Positions 1-9,061 of a stretch of DNA of 64,000 bases are shown here, in pieces. The translations under genes and the position numbers were made by a program. Below the pieces are notes generated by a model. The model worked only from the letters and a program-made list of their open reading frames with translations. It did no database searches and had not been told where the DNA came from. The DNA is taken from positions 3,690 through 67,689 of the forward strand of contig JAUIGO010000011.1 of the NCBI GenBank assembly GCA_030429955.1, read 5' to 3'. The DNA comes from Bacteroidia bacterium (GTDB lineage: Bacteria > Bacteroidota > Bacteroidia > Flavobacteriales > Flavobacteriaceae). Positions within the stretch are counted from its first letter, which is position 1. The number at the start of each line of letters is the position of its first letter.

Positions 1-189
1 CAACTACAATTATTTGCTTTAGAAGATGCTGAATTTTTAATCAGGAATAATTATCATAGTGATGTATTGCGTGTTACTGAAAGTTTGCACAAGTGTCAAT
101 ATGTAATCTTAGCTGAAACAATGCATCAAAGGTATGAACGTTTGCAAGAATCGGTTATGTTTAATCCCCAAATTGTGACTGCAGATTAA
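1..189 (+). CDS. 3' end of a CDS cut by the window edge, product unknown
   Basis: Frame 1 is open from base 1 to TAA at 187-189 (ends ...MHQRYERLQESVMFNPQIVTAD). No diagnostic motif. Confidence 0.3.
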   Translation, partial: QLQLFALEDAEFLIRNNYHSDVLRVTESLHKCQYVILAETMHQRYERLQESVMFNPQIVTAD

Positions 190-267
190 TCATATTTAAT
201 TCTATATTTTTCTTTTAAAAGCAATTAGTATATCTTTATTGACATACTAACCATTCTTACATTCAAG

Positions 268-1596
268 ATGAAATATTTCTATTTAGCACTGCTTATTTGC
301 ACCATGTCTTTTGCTCAGCAAAATAATGTTAAAGCCTTGGTAGGAGGTACTTTAATTGATGGCTATGGCTCTACACCAATCAAAAACAGCGTCATTATTA
401 TTGAGGGCGAAAAAATTAAAGCAGTAGGTACTACAAAAACCTTAATGGTGCCAAAAAATGCTGAAATTATATCTACAGAAGGTATGACAGTATTGCCTGG
501 ACTTTGGGATATGCATGTACATACGATGCTTAATGGTCATGCAGATTATGACTATTGGGACAAAACCTATCCACCATTATTGGAAGATGTGATTATGCCA
601 GCTTCAGCCGAACAATTATTAATGGCAGGAGTTACAAGTGCTAGAGATTTAGGAGGACCACTAAAAGAAAGTATTGCTGTAAGAGATAGAATCAATAATG
701 GAGAAATTCCTGGAGCTACGCTTTATGTTTCGGGACCCTTTATTCAAAAGAAACCCTATCCAGGAACTGAAGCGTTTCGTTGGGGAATTAATGGAGTTGC
801 AGATGCCCAAAAGAAAATAAAAACCTTGGCTGATGCTGGAGTTGATTGCATAAAACTCATTGACCAAGATCAGATGACAAAAGAGGAACTTCAAGCTGTT
901 ATTGATACTGCACATAAATACAATTTAAAAGTTGTAGCACATGGTCACAGGCCTCAAGAAATTAGAAATGCTTTGGAAGCAGGAGCAGATTGTATTGAAC
1001 ATACAGGTTTGTCATCTGCACCTCAATATCCAGATGATGTTATGGAAGCCATAAAGGAACGTACTGCACAAATGAATTTAGGACCATTGTATTGGTGTCC
1101 AACCGTTGAAGGTTTATACAATTATGAATATGTAAGAGATAATGGAGAACATTTAGATAGCGATTCTTGGCATAGAGGATTAAACGATACAATTGTTGCA
1201 GATATTAAAAACAGCTTTAAACATAAAGACCGTTTGCCTTATTTTCAATTAACACCTGTAAGAAAACCAACTTTAGAAACCAAAATCAAACAACTTATGG
1301 ACGCTGGTGTTGTACTTATGATTGGTACAGATAGTGGTATCCCTATGAAGTTTCACAGTCAATCTACATGGAACGAATTGGATGTGTGGGTAAATGAATT
1401 TGGTATTGATCCTATGTATGCTATCAGAGCAGCTACATATTGGCCATCATTATGGATGGGAGTTGCAGATGAGGTTGGTACTGTAACTGAAGGTAAATAC
1501 GCAGATATCATTGCGGTAAAAGGCGATGTGTTAAGGCATATTAGTTTACTTCAAGATGTAGATATCGTGATTAAACATGGTAAGAAATATAAATAG
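268..1596 (+). CDS. secreted amidohydrolase-family metallohydrolase
   Basis: Signal peptide MKYFYLALLICTMSFAQQ. Metal-binding motifs LPGLWDMHVHT, VVAHGH, IEH and GTDSG are typical of the amidohydrolase superfamily. Confidence 0.85.
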   Translation: MKYFYLALLICTMSFAQQNNVKALVGGTLIDGYGSTPIKNSVIIIEGEKIKAVGTTKTLMVPKNAEIISTEGMTVLPGLWDMHVHTMLNGHADYDYWDKTYPPLLEDVIMPASAEQLLMAGVTSARDLGGPLKESIAVRDRINNGEIPGATLYVSGPFIQKKPYPGTEAFRWGINGVADAQKKIKTLADAGVDCIKLIDQDQMTKEELQAVIDTAHKYNLKVVAHGHRPQEIRNALEAGADCIEHTGLSSAPQYPDDVMEAIKERTAQMNLGPLYWCPTVEGLYNYEYVRDNGEHLDSDSWHRGLNDTIVADIKNSFKHKDRLPYFQLTPVRKPTLETKIKQLMDAGVVLMIGTDSGIPMKFHSQSTWNELDVWVNEFGIDPMYAIRAATYWPSLWMGVADEVGTVTEGKYADIIAVKGDVLRHISLLQDVDIVIKHGKKYK

Positions 1597-1605
1597 AGTT
1601 AATAA

Positions 1606-2001
1606 CTAAAGCGTCAACATCCAATTACGCTGTAGTTTTCTAAACGTTTTAAGTTCTTTTCTTAAAATAGGAATATAATCTCTTCCGTTACTATTGCTTA
1701 TTTCCAAACGCGCACAATTCTTATACAATAAATTGGTCAAGCGTTTTACTGTAGCGGCATGCTTATATCTATTTTCCGAATACATTTCGGCTTCAGCTTT
1801 AATAATCTCAGGAACCAATGATTCAGATTGTTGTACAATGTCTCCAGAAAAGTAAATGTTCTGATCTTCTTTTCCGTCAATAAGTAAATGACTTAAATCG
1901 TAATTTAAATAGGTAGATATTTTTCGTGATAACGAAAATATTTCCAATGCCTTTTTATAAATAGGCATATCAGGCAAGTGAGATGGGATTGAGTATATCA
2001 T
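1606..2001 (-). CDS. hypothetical protein, paralog of the N-terminal region of 14126-14689
   Basis: ORF track gives 1606-2022. I moved the start to the ATG at 2001 because a CAAAATTA (-7 box, reverse strand) lies at 2020-2027. The C-terminal YIPILRKELKTFRKLQRNWMLTL aligns with YLDILRKEIDEFRLLFAEWVKTF of the other ORF. Confidence 0.55.
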   Translation of the reverse strand: MIYSIPSHLPDMPIYKKALEIFSLSRKISTYLNYDLSHLLIDGKEDQNIYFSGDIVQQSESLVPEIIKAEAEMYSENRYKHAATVKRLTNLLYKNCARLEISNSNGRDYIPILRKELKTFRKLQRNWMLTL

Positions 2002-2019
2002 TTTCTTATAGCAATTACA

Positions 2020-2027
2020 CAAAATTA
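2020..2027 (-). promoter_or_regulatory. Bacteroidota-type -7 promoter box (TAATTTTG on the coding strand)
   Basis: Matches TAnnTTTG, 19 nt upstream of the ATG at 2001. Confidence 0.5.
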
Positions 2028-2092
2028 GCGCATAAACTAAAAATTTACATTTAAATATTAAATGAAATATTAGAATAAGATTTAATATTTAA

Positions 2093-2100
2093 TATATTTG
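2093..2100 (+). promoter_or_regulatory. -7 promoter box TATATTTG for the Lrp/AsnC gene
   Basis: Matches TAnnTTTG, 17 nt upstream of the ATG at 2118. Confidence 0.5.
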
Positions 2101-2117
2101 AATTAAATACTTTAAGA

Positions 2118-2567
2118 ATGAAAGTAGATTTAATTAACTGGAAGATACTCGGACTTCTACAAACCAATGCAAGAAGATCTAACACAGAAATAGCCAATCT
2201 TGTTGGTATTTCTTCTCCAGCAGTAGCAGAACGTATCCGTAAACTTGAGGATGCTGGTATCATTGAAGGTTATCGTGCTAAAGTTTCGCCATTTGAAGTT
2301 GGCTACCAGATACGTGCACTTATTACAGTAAGGGCTTTTATGGGACGTTTAAAGCCCTTTCTGGAAAAAGTAAAATCCTTTGATGAGGTTGTAAATTGTT
2401 ATAGAATTACAGGCAATGAAAATATCGTTATGGAAGTGATATTACATAACCAAAAACATCTAGAAAAATTTATAGATCAACTCATAACTTATGGCGAAAC
2501 CAAAACACAAATTATCTTATCTAATGTTATTGATGATAAGCCTATAAAACAAAAAGTTAATTTTTAA
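2118..2567 (+). CDS. Lrp/AsnC-family transcriptional regulator
   Basis: N-terminal HTH (WKILGLLQTNARRSNTEIANLVGISSPAVAERIRKLEDAGII) followed by a C-terminal AsnC/RAM-type domain. Length is 149 aa. Confidence 0.9.
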   Translation: MKVDLINWKILGLLQTNARRSNTEIANLVGISSPAVAERIRKLEDAGIIEGYRAKVSPFEVGYQIRALITVRAFMGRLKPFLEKVKSFDEVVNCYRITGNENIVMEVILHNQKHLEKFIDQLITYGETKTQIILSNVIDDKPIKQKVNF

Positions 2568-4098
2568 CTCCTGGTTGTTTTAGTTTCCAATTGGTTTTGG
2601 CTTTTTCAGCATCAACCATTGCTTTTACATCGGCTAGTAATTGTTTAGCATCATAAATAATTCCATCTTTAATGGTGTATTTTACACCACCAACTCTAAC
2701 CACTTCATTGTCTTCAGTAAGTTTGATGGCTCCTGTTCCGTAAAGTACTTTTAAATTCACTAAAGGATTTTCTTCAACAATAACGAAATCAGCCAATTTT
2801 CCAATTTGCACAGAGCCAATTTTATCGTCCCAACCTAGAGCTTCAGCACCATTTAATGTTGCAGCTCTAATAACTTCAAGAGGATGAAAGCCTGCTTCAC
2901 GTAATAATTCAAGTTCTCTAGGGTAGGCAAAACCGTATAGTTGATAGATAAAACCAGAATCTGTACCAACAGTTACTCTACCGCCTCTGTTTTTATATTC
3001 GTTAATAAAAGTCATCCACAGTTTGTAATTATTTTTCCAAGCGACTTCCTGTTCTGTTCCCCAATAATGCCAATAGCTTCCATGACTAATTTTACTTGGT
3101 TCGTAAAATTTCCAAAGTGAAGGCATTGTATAGTCTTCATGCCATTCTGCACGACGAGCACGTTGTAAATCTCTACTTGCTTCGTAGATATTAAATGTTG
3201 GGTCTAACGTGAAATCTAACTCTAGCAATTCATTCATTACTTTATTCCAATGCTCAGAATAAGGTTCTGCTGCTTGTGCCCAAAGTTTTCCAGCTTCTTC
3301 AAAACGATGCTGTTCATTCTGATAGTTGTAATCTAAAGGATAATTTTGAACGGTTCTATCATTAAACAATGCTTCTGGTAAACCATACCAATGTTCCATA
3401 GAGGTCATTCCAGCTCTTGCTGAATGTAATACGTTCCATCTAGCTACAGTTAATTGCGCATGATGAGCAGTTGATCCTAGCCCTAATTTTTTGTTTTCAT
3501 CTAAAGCCGCAGCCATAATATCTGGTTCAGCACCAAAGAATTTAATACCATCAGCACCATTTTTTGCATTTTGCCTTACCCATTCGCGAGCCATCTCTGG
3601 TGTGCTAATAGGTTTATCACTTCCTGAGCCAAAACCAGTATATTCAAAAATTCTAGGAGCAATTATTTTGTTAGCGGCACTTTGTCGTTTAAGTTCAATG
3701 GCGTTTCGACCACTAACTTGTCTAACAGTGGTGACACCATGTGCCATCCATAGTTTAAATACATAATCAGGTTCGGCACCTTGAGCATTTCCACCAATAT
3801 GCGTATGCATGTCAATAAAACCTGGCAGCAAATACATGCCATTAGCATCTAGTTCTTTGCCTCCAGCTTTTAGTTTTGGTCGTCGTGCTTCATTAATAGG
3901 CACACCATCATAACCAACAATTTGCATGTTGACAATTTTGTTGCCTTCTACAACAATATCCATTGGACCTTGAGGTGGTGAGCCATCACCATTAATTAGT
4001 GTAACACCTCGAATGATGAGTTGCGAATGCGGTCCATCACCTTGAGCGAAACCGTTTAAAACAAATAGGAGCGAAAATAGGATGGTTATTTTTTTCAT
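2557..4098 (-). CDS. secreted amidohydrolase-family protein
   Basis: Motifs LPGFIDMHTHIGG and GTDSGF. Start moved to the internal ATG at 4098, which gives the signal peptide MKKITILFSLLFVLNGFAQ. Confidence 0.85.
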   Translation of the reverse strand: MKKITILFSLLFVLNGFAQGDGPHSQLIIRGVTLINGDGSPPQGPMDIVVEGNKIVNMQIVGYDGVPINEARRPKLKAGGKELDANGMYLLPGFIDMHTHIGGNAQGAEPDYVFKLWMAHGVTTVRQVSGRNAIELKRQSAANKIIAPRIFEYTGFGSGSDKPISTPEMAREWVRQNAKNGADGIKFFGAEPDIMAAALDENKKLGLGSTAHHAQLTVARWNVLHSARAGMTSMEHWYGLPEALFNDRTVQNYPLDYNYQNEQHRFEEAGKLWAQAAEPYSEHWNKVMNELLELDFTLDPTFNIYEASRDLQRARRAEWHEDYTMPSLWKFYEPSKISHGSYWHYWGTEQEVAWKNNYKLWMTFINEYKNRGGRVTVGTDSGFIYQLYGFAYPRELELLREAGFHPLEVIRAATLNGAEALGWDDKIGSVQIGKLADFVIVEENPLVNLKVLYGTGAIKLTEDNEVVRVGGVKYTIKDGIIYDAKQLLADVKAMVDAEKAKTNWKLKQPGVKN

Positions 4099-4150
4099 AA
4101 TATTTTTCCAACTTGATTGGGAATTTTTTTTAGTTATACAGTTTAATTTA

Positions 4151-6712
4151 TCAATCTCTTGCTCTTGGAACAGAAATGTTATCACCTAAAAACAGTGCGT
4201 TTAAAAAGAGTCTGTTGGTACCATACCAAGCACCTCTAAAATTAGGATTATCAGCAAACATAACAACGCGACCTCTACCAATTTGACTCACAATGAGTGA
4301 AGCTGATGGTTTTAAGTATATGTTGAGGTTGTCATCAGAAATGTAGCCATCAATATGAGGATTTTCAGTATACTTAGCTACAGTGCCATATTCACTCGTA
4401 CTTGGTGCTAAAAACACATTGTTGTTTTTGTAAACAGGGAGTTTGTTGTCTCTATAACCAAAACCTAAAGGATGTGTTACATCTAGGTCAACTTCAAAAA
4501 TTGCTCCACCTAATTCCTCTCTTCCTAAATTTTCTCCAGCATCAACATAAGGTAATCTTTCAACTTTTTCATCTTCTTCTTTTTTGTCCTTATCTTTTGG
4601 TTTAGGCTTTGTCGTTAATTTTTCTTTTACCAATTTTCGGTCAACAGCCCATTTTGATGCTGAACCGATTGTAATTAAGGTATTCCCATTTGATGTCCAA
4701 TCTCTTATGGTTTGACGTTGAATGGAATCGAGCGAGTTATAGCCTCCAGAAACCATCACAAGTGTATTGTACTTATCTAACCAATTACCTCTAATTGTAT
4801 TCGTTTGAAGTTTTACTATTGGCATCTTGGTTCGAGTATCCAATAAGTGCCATACTTCACCAGCTTCATAACTGCTTACACCATCACCAACAAGCATTGC
4901 TACTTTTGGTTTTTCAACGGTTCTGAAATTATTACTTCCCAAGTCAATCCCTTTAATGCTGAACCCTGTATTAGCAGCATAGATTGGAACATTGAATTTG
5001 CTCTGAGCTTCTTTAACTATCTCATAAACTTTATCGCTAGACAGTTTTTGTTGCTTACTTACAGGAATCATAATGCTTCCATAGTTAAAGTCTTTATCAC
5101 CAAGATTGGTTTTACTAGAAAACGGTTTAAAAGCTGATGCTGCGATAATCCCTTTTGATTGCATGTAATACAATGCTGAAGGTGCATAATAATCGTCCCA
5201 ATCCATGATGTATGCATACTCGCTTTTTGGCACTGAAGTTACTTTGTTGATGCTTTCGGTTGAGGTAATTTCTTCACCAAGATTTGCTGTTTTCAAACCT
5301 CTATAATCCATGTTGTAAAAATTAGCAACACTCCAAGCAGATGCATCGTAAAACACACTATCGCTATATTTGCTATAAGTTTCAAACATGGTTTGCACCA
5401 TTCTGCGTTGAGGTTGTTTTAAAGGCACCGTAAACTTGTTTCCGTTTTTGTACACTTTGATTTTATGTTTTAAAAGATAATCAACAAAGGCCTTATTTCT
5501 GTTGTTGTCGTAAGCATCACCGAATTCATAAGCAGCGAAACCAGTTGGTGCTTTTTCTGACAAAGCCGTTTTAAAGAATGTTTGTTGGTATTTTCTCAAG
5601 TACGCTTTGTTTTCAACAGCTGCTTTAATGGTTGCAAAACTTGATGTGTATTGGTTTCTAATCGTAAATGCAAACGACATGGTACCATAATCTGTGTCTT
5701 GAAGATGACCTCTGGAACTTGCTTGCTCAAACAATAAAGCTAAAGCGCCTTGTAAATCTGGATATGAAGAACCATAACCTGGATACGTACCATCAAAAGA
5801 TTCTTTAGTGTAATAAAATGACCCAATTTCGTCTAAAGCACTCACAAAATATTTTGCAAATAGGTCGTTTAAATCTTCATAGTTTTCTTTTGGCATGATA
5901 GGGTCTTTTGAACCAATAGGTTTCATAGGTTCAAAAAAGTGATTGCTATTGGTTCCCATTTCATGAAAATCGGTTACTACATTTGGATACCAATTGTGGT
6001 ACCAATTCAACTTACCTTGACTTTCAGGATGAACAGCCAATAACCAATCTCTGTTTAAATCAAACCAATAGTGATTGGTTCTTCCTCTTGGCCAAGTTTC
6101 GTTGTGTTCAGCATCAGCACCATCAGACACAATTTCCTTGGCTAGGAACTGATTTGCCCATTGTGTATGTCTGTCACGACCATCAGGATTGATAGTTGGA
6201 TCGATAAAGATGACAGAATTCTCTAAATAATTTTTTACCTCAGGACTGTTTGAAGCGACTAAGGTGTAGGCTGTTAATAAAGCCGCTTCAGAGCTTGAGG
6301 GCTCGTTCCCATGAACATTATAACCCAATTGAATAAAAATAGGAAGTGCATCATAGTTTGTAGGATTTTGATTTGGATCTACAAATTTTAAATGCTCTGT
6401 TTTAAGAGCTTCTAAATTCTTTAAATGTTCTGGTGTAGAAACACGAAGCATGACGAGTTTACGCATTTCATGTGTTTGACCATAAATTTCAATTTCTGCA
6501 CGATCAGACAATTCAGCTAACTTGGTAAAGTAAGCTACAATTAGATCATGCCTTGTGTGTTGTGCACCAATAGGTCTTCCGAGGAATTCTTCAGGAGAAG
6601 GAATATCAGGATTAAAAGGTGCTTTGTCTTTAAAAAAATAGTCTTGTGCTGAAAGTGATGTTACCATGATTAAAGAGAAAATCATGGCAAAAGCGAATTT
6701 TGTTGGATTCAT
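4151..6712 (-). CDS. M14-family zinc carboxypeptidase, large secreted form
   Basis: Signal peptide present. Zn ligand motifs HGNEPSSSEA (HxxE) and TDFHEMG. Length is 853 aa. Confidence 0.85.
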   Translation of the reverse strand: MNPTKFAFAMIFSLIMVTSLSAQDYFFKDKAPFNPDIPSPEEFLGRPIGAQHTRHDLIVAYFTKLAELSDRAEIEIYGQTHEMRKLVMLRVSTPEHLKNLEALKTEHLKFVDPNQNPTNYDALPIFIQLGYNVHGNEPSSSEAALLTAYTLVASNSPEVKNYLENSVIFIDPTINPDGRDRHTQWANQFLAKEIVSDGADAEHNETWPRGRTNHYWFDLNRDWLLAVHPESQGKLNWYHNWYPNVVTDFHEMGTNSNHFFEPMKPIGSKDPIMPKENYEDLNDLFAKYFVSALDEIGSFYYTKESFDGTYPGYGSSYPDLQGALALLFEQASSRGHLQDTDYGTMSFAFTIRNQYTSSFATIKAAVENKAYLRKYQQTFFKTALSEKAPTGFAAYEFGDAYDNNRNKAFVDYLLKHKIKVYKNGNKFTVPLKQPQRRMVQTMFETYSKYSDSVFYDASAWSVANFYNMDYRGLKTANLGEEITSTESINKVTSVPKSEYAYIMDWDDYYAPSALYYMQSKGIIAASAFKPFSSKTNLGDKDFNYGSIMIPVSKQQKLSSDKVYEIVKEAQSKFNVPIYAANTGFSIKGIDLGSNNFRTVEKPKVAMLVGDGVSSYEAGEVWHLLDTRTKMPIVKLQTNTIRGNWLDKYNTLVMVSGGYNSLDSIQRQTIRDWTSNGNTLITIGSASKWAVDRKLVKEKLTTKPKPKDKDKKEEDEKVERLPYVDAGENLGREELGGAIFEVDLDVTHPLGFGYRDNKLPVYKNNNVFLAPSTSEYGTVAKYTENPHIDGYISDDNLNIYLKPSASLIVSQIGRGRVVMFADNPNFRGAWYGTNRLFLNALFLGDNISVPRARD

Positions 6713-6879
6713 TGGTTGGTTAATTAGAAATAATGAATTTTAAAAATAGTAATTAATTACTATATATTAAGTGACTCTTTCACTTTTAACAAATTTTAAG
6801 ATTTAAAATGTAAGTGTCTGAATTATTGAATTTTTAAAGGTAATTTTTATTACATTTAATTTCATCTTAACTATTTGAA

Positions 6880-7920
6880 ATGAAGCAATTTATTTTTTCT
6901 ATTTGCCTACTGCTTTTTTGTCCAGTTTTTTCACAGTCTACTTTTGAAACCATCTCTGAAATCAATCTTGAAAATATTCAACCAAACCAAGTTAAAAAGT
7001 ACTGGCTAAAAATGATTGATAACGGATTTTCGCAACCTATTTCAATTCCTGTTATTATTTTAAAAGGGAAAGAAGATGGTCCTGTTCTGGGTTTAATTGC
7101 AGCCATTCATGGTAATGAACTTAATGGCATTAAGGTGATTCAAGAATCAGTGAAAGATATTGATGTAAGCAAATTAAAAGGTACTGTAATTGCCATTCCA
7201 GGATTAAATGCCTTGAGTATTGGACAAGATAGAAGGCGTTTTGTTGATGAAGAAGATTTAAACCGAAACTTTCCTGGCAAAGCCAATGGCAATAGAAGTC
7301 AGCAATACGTATGGCAAATCAATCAGAAAATTTTGCCTAAACTGGATTATCTAATCGATATGCACACAGCCAGCTTCGGAAGGATAAACAGCTTATACGT
7401 CAGAGGTGAACTTGGTGATGAAAAGATTAGTAAAATGGCTATGCTGCAAGATGCAGATATTGTGTTGAATAATAAAGGTGTACCAAGCACAGGAGATAAT
7501 ATTGCAGCCACCAGAACCATGAGAGCCGAAGCCATGCTAAAAGGTATTCCGACGATAACGGTTGAGTATGGAAATCCGCAAGTTTATCAGGATGATATGG
7601 TAAAACGTGGTGTTGTAGGTGTGAAAAATGTGATGAACTGGTTAGACATGCAAGCCTTTACTATTCCTGAGATGAAACCAGCAGTGATGTGCAAAAAATC
7701 GTATTGGGTTTATGTAGATCAAGGCGGATTGTTAGATATTCCTGTAGGGTTGAACCAAATCATTGAAAAAGGCGAACTCATAGGTGTTTTAAAGAACCCT
7801 TTTGGTGATGTGATTAAAGAATATTTTGCACCAGAAAAAGGCATCGTTATTGGTAAAGGTACAAACCCTGTTAACATTGATGGAGGACGCATTATTCATC
7901 TTGGAATTTTAGAAGACTAA
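6880..7920 (+). CDS. succinylglutamate desuccinylase/aspartoacylase (AstE/AspA) family deacylase
   Basis: Motifs AAIHGNELNG (HxxE) and IDMHTAS. Signal peptide present. Confidence 0.8.
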   Translation: MKQFIFSICLLLFCPVFSQSTFETISEINLENIQPNQVKKYWLKMIDNGFSQPISIPVIILKGKEDGPVLGLIAAIHGNELNGIKVIQESVKDIDVSKLKGTVIAIPGLNALSIGQDRRRFVDEEDLNRNFPGKANGNRSQQYVWQINQKILPKLDYLIDMHTASFGRINSLYVRGELGDEKISKMAMLQDADIVLNNKGVPSTGDNIAATRTMRAEAMLKGIPTITVEYGNPQVYQDDMVKRGVVGVKNVMNWLDMQAFTIPEMKPAVMCKKSYWVYVDQGGLLDIPVGLNQIIEKGELIGVLKNPFGDVIKEYFAPEKGIVIGKGTNPVNIDGGRIIHLGILED

Positions 7921-7924
7921 ACTT

Positions 7925-9061
7925 ATGCTTTTAAAAGCCAGTATTTTAGTACTTGTCACAGTCATTTCAGTATTGCTACTTGAAAAGAGCTCTAGACGAT
8001 GGATTCAAACCCTTTTAAACTGGTTTCCAGCCATTTTGTTTGCCTATGTTATTCCAGCTATTGTAACACATTCATTCAACCTAGATTTAAGAACAGTTGA
8101 ATTACACAGCTGGAGTAAAGACTACATTATTCCCTTTGCTATTTTAATGGTTATGAGTGCGCTTTCGTTTAAGCAATTGCGCATTATAGGTTTAAGACCA
8201 ATTATTTTGTTTGCCATTGGCTCGTTAGCAATTGCAGTGTTAGCGCCATTATTACTCTTGCTTTTTAATGTATTTACTCCAGAATTTAATGAGCTTTTAA
8301 TTGTTGAAGAACATTGGAAAGGGTTAGTTCCTATTGTTGGGAGTTGGATAGGAGGAAGCACAAGTCAACTGGTGTTGAAAGAATTGGTTGAATGTCCTGA
8401 AGGTTTGTTCTTGACTATTTTAGTGTTAGATAATATTCTGGTTAATATCTGGACCATTTTAATGTTCCAACTGATTAAGAAAAGCGATAACTTAAATACC
8501 TATTTTGGCATAAATGACCTAGTTCCGGATTTTGTAAAAGATGAAAATGCCTTCGATACCTTTTCTGTAAAGTCTATTGTGATAACCTTTGCTATTAGTA
8601 TAGTCTTAATTTTTGGAATCGGTTTTTTAATAACATCATTTCTCTGGAAAATTATAGCCTTTAGTATCATTGGCTTATTGATTGGTAATTTTGCGCCAAA
8701 ATGGAATCATGCTTTGGTACTTAAACTAGGTGGATTAAGCATTATTTGTATCATGGCAATTTTAGGATTGAAACTCAATTTCAATAATTTGTCCATGCCA
8801 TTAAACCTTGTGTTGTTTGTGGTTATTTGGTTGGTTTGTCATTTTGTAATTATGATGTTTGCTGCCAAGAAAATGAAACTGCACATGGCTTGGGTTCCTA
8901 TTGCGAGTATGGCGAATTTAGGAGGTATCTCAACCGCTCCAGCTGTAACAGCAGTTTACAATAAAGAGTGGATGCCACATGCCATTTTATTAGCCATTTT
9001 AAGCATGGTTTCTGGCACATTTTGGGGAATGCTCACCATGTATTTGTTTGGATTGTTTTAG
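7925..9061 (+). CDS. polytopic membrane protein (DUF819-like)
   Basis: About 10-11 hydrophobic segments. The family assignment is from memory of similar flavobacterial proteins. Confidence 0.65.
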   Translation: MLLKASILVLVTVISVLLLEKSSRRWIQTLLNWFPAILFAYVIPAIVTHSFNLDLRTVELHSWSKDYIIPFAILMVMSALSFKQLRIIGLRPIILFAIGSLAIAVLAPLLLLLFNVFTPEFNELLIVEEHWKGLVPIVGSWIGGSTSQLVLKELVECPEGLFLTILVLDNILVNIWTILMFQLIKKSDNLNTYFGINDLVPDFVKDENAFDTFSVKSIVITFAISIVLIFGIGFLITSFLWKIIAFSIIGLLIGNFAPKWNHALVLKLGGLSIICIMAILGLKLNFNNLSMPLNLVLFVVIWLVCHFVIMMFAAKKMKLHMAWVPIASMANLGGISTAPAVTAVYNKEWMPHAILLAILSMVSGTFWGMLTMYLFGLF

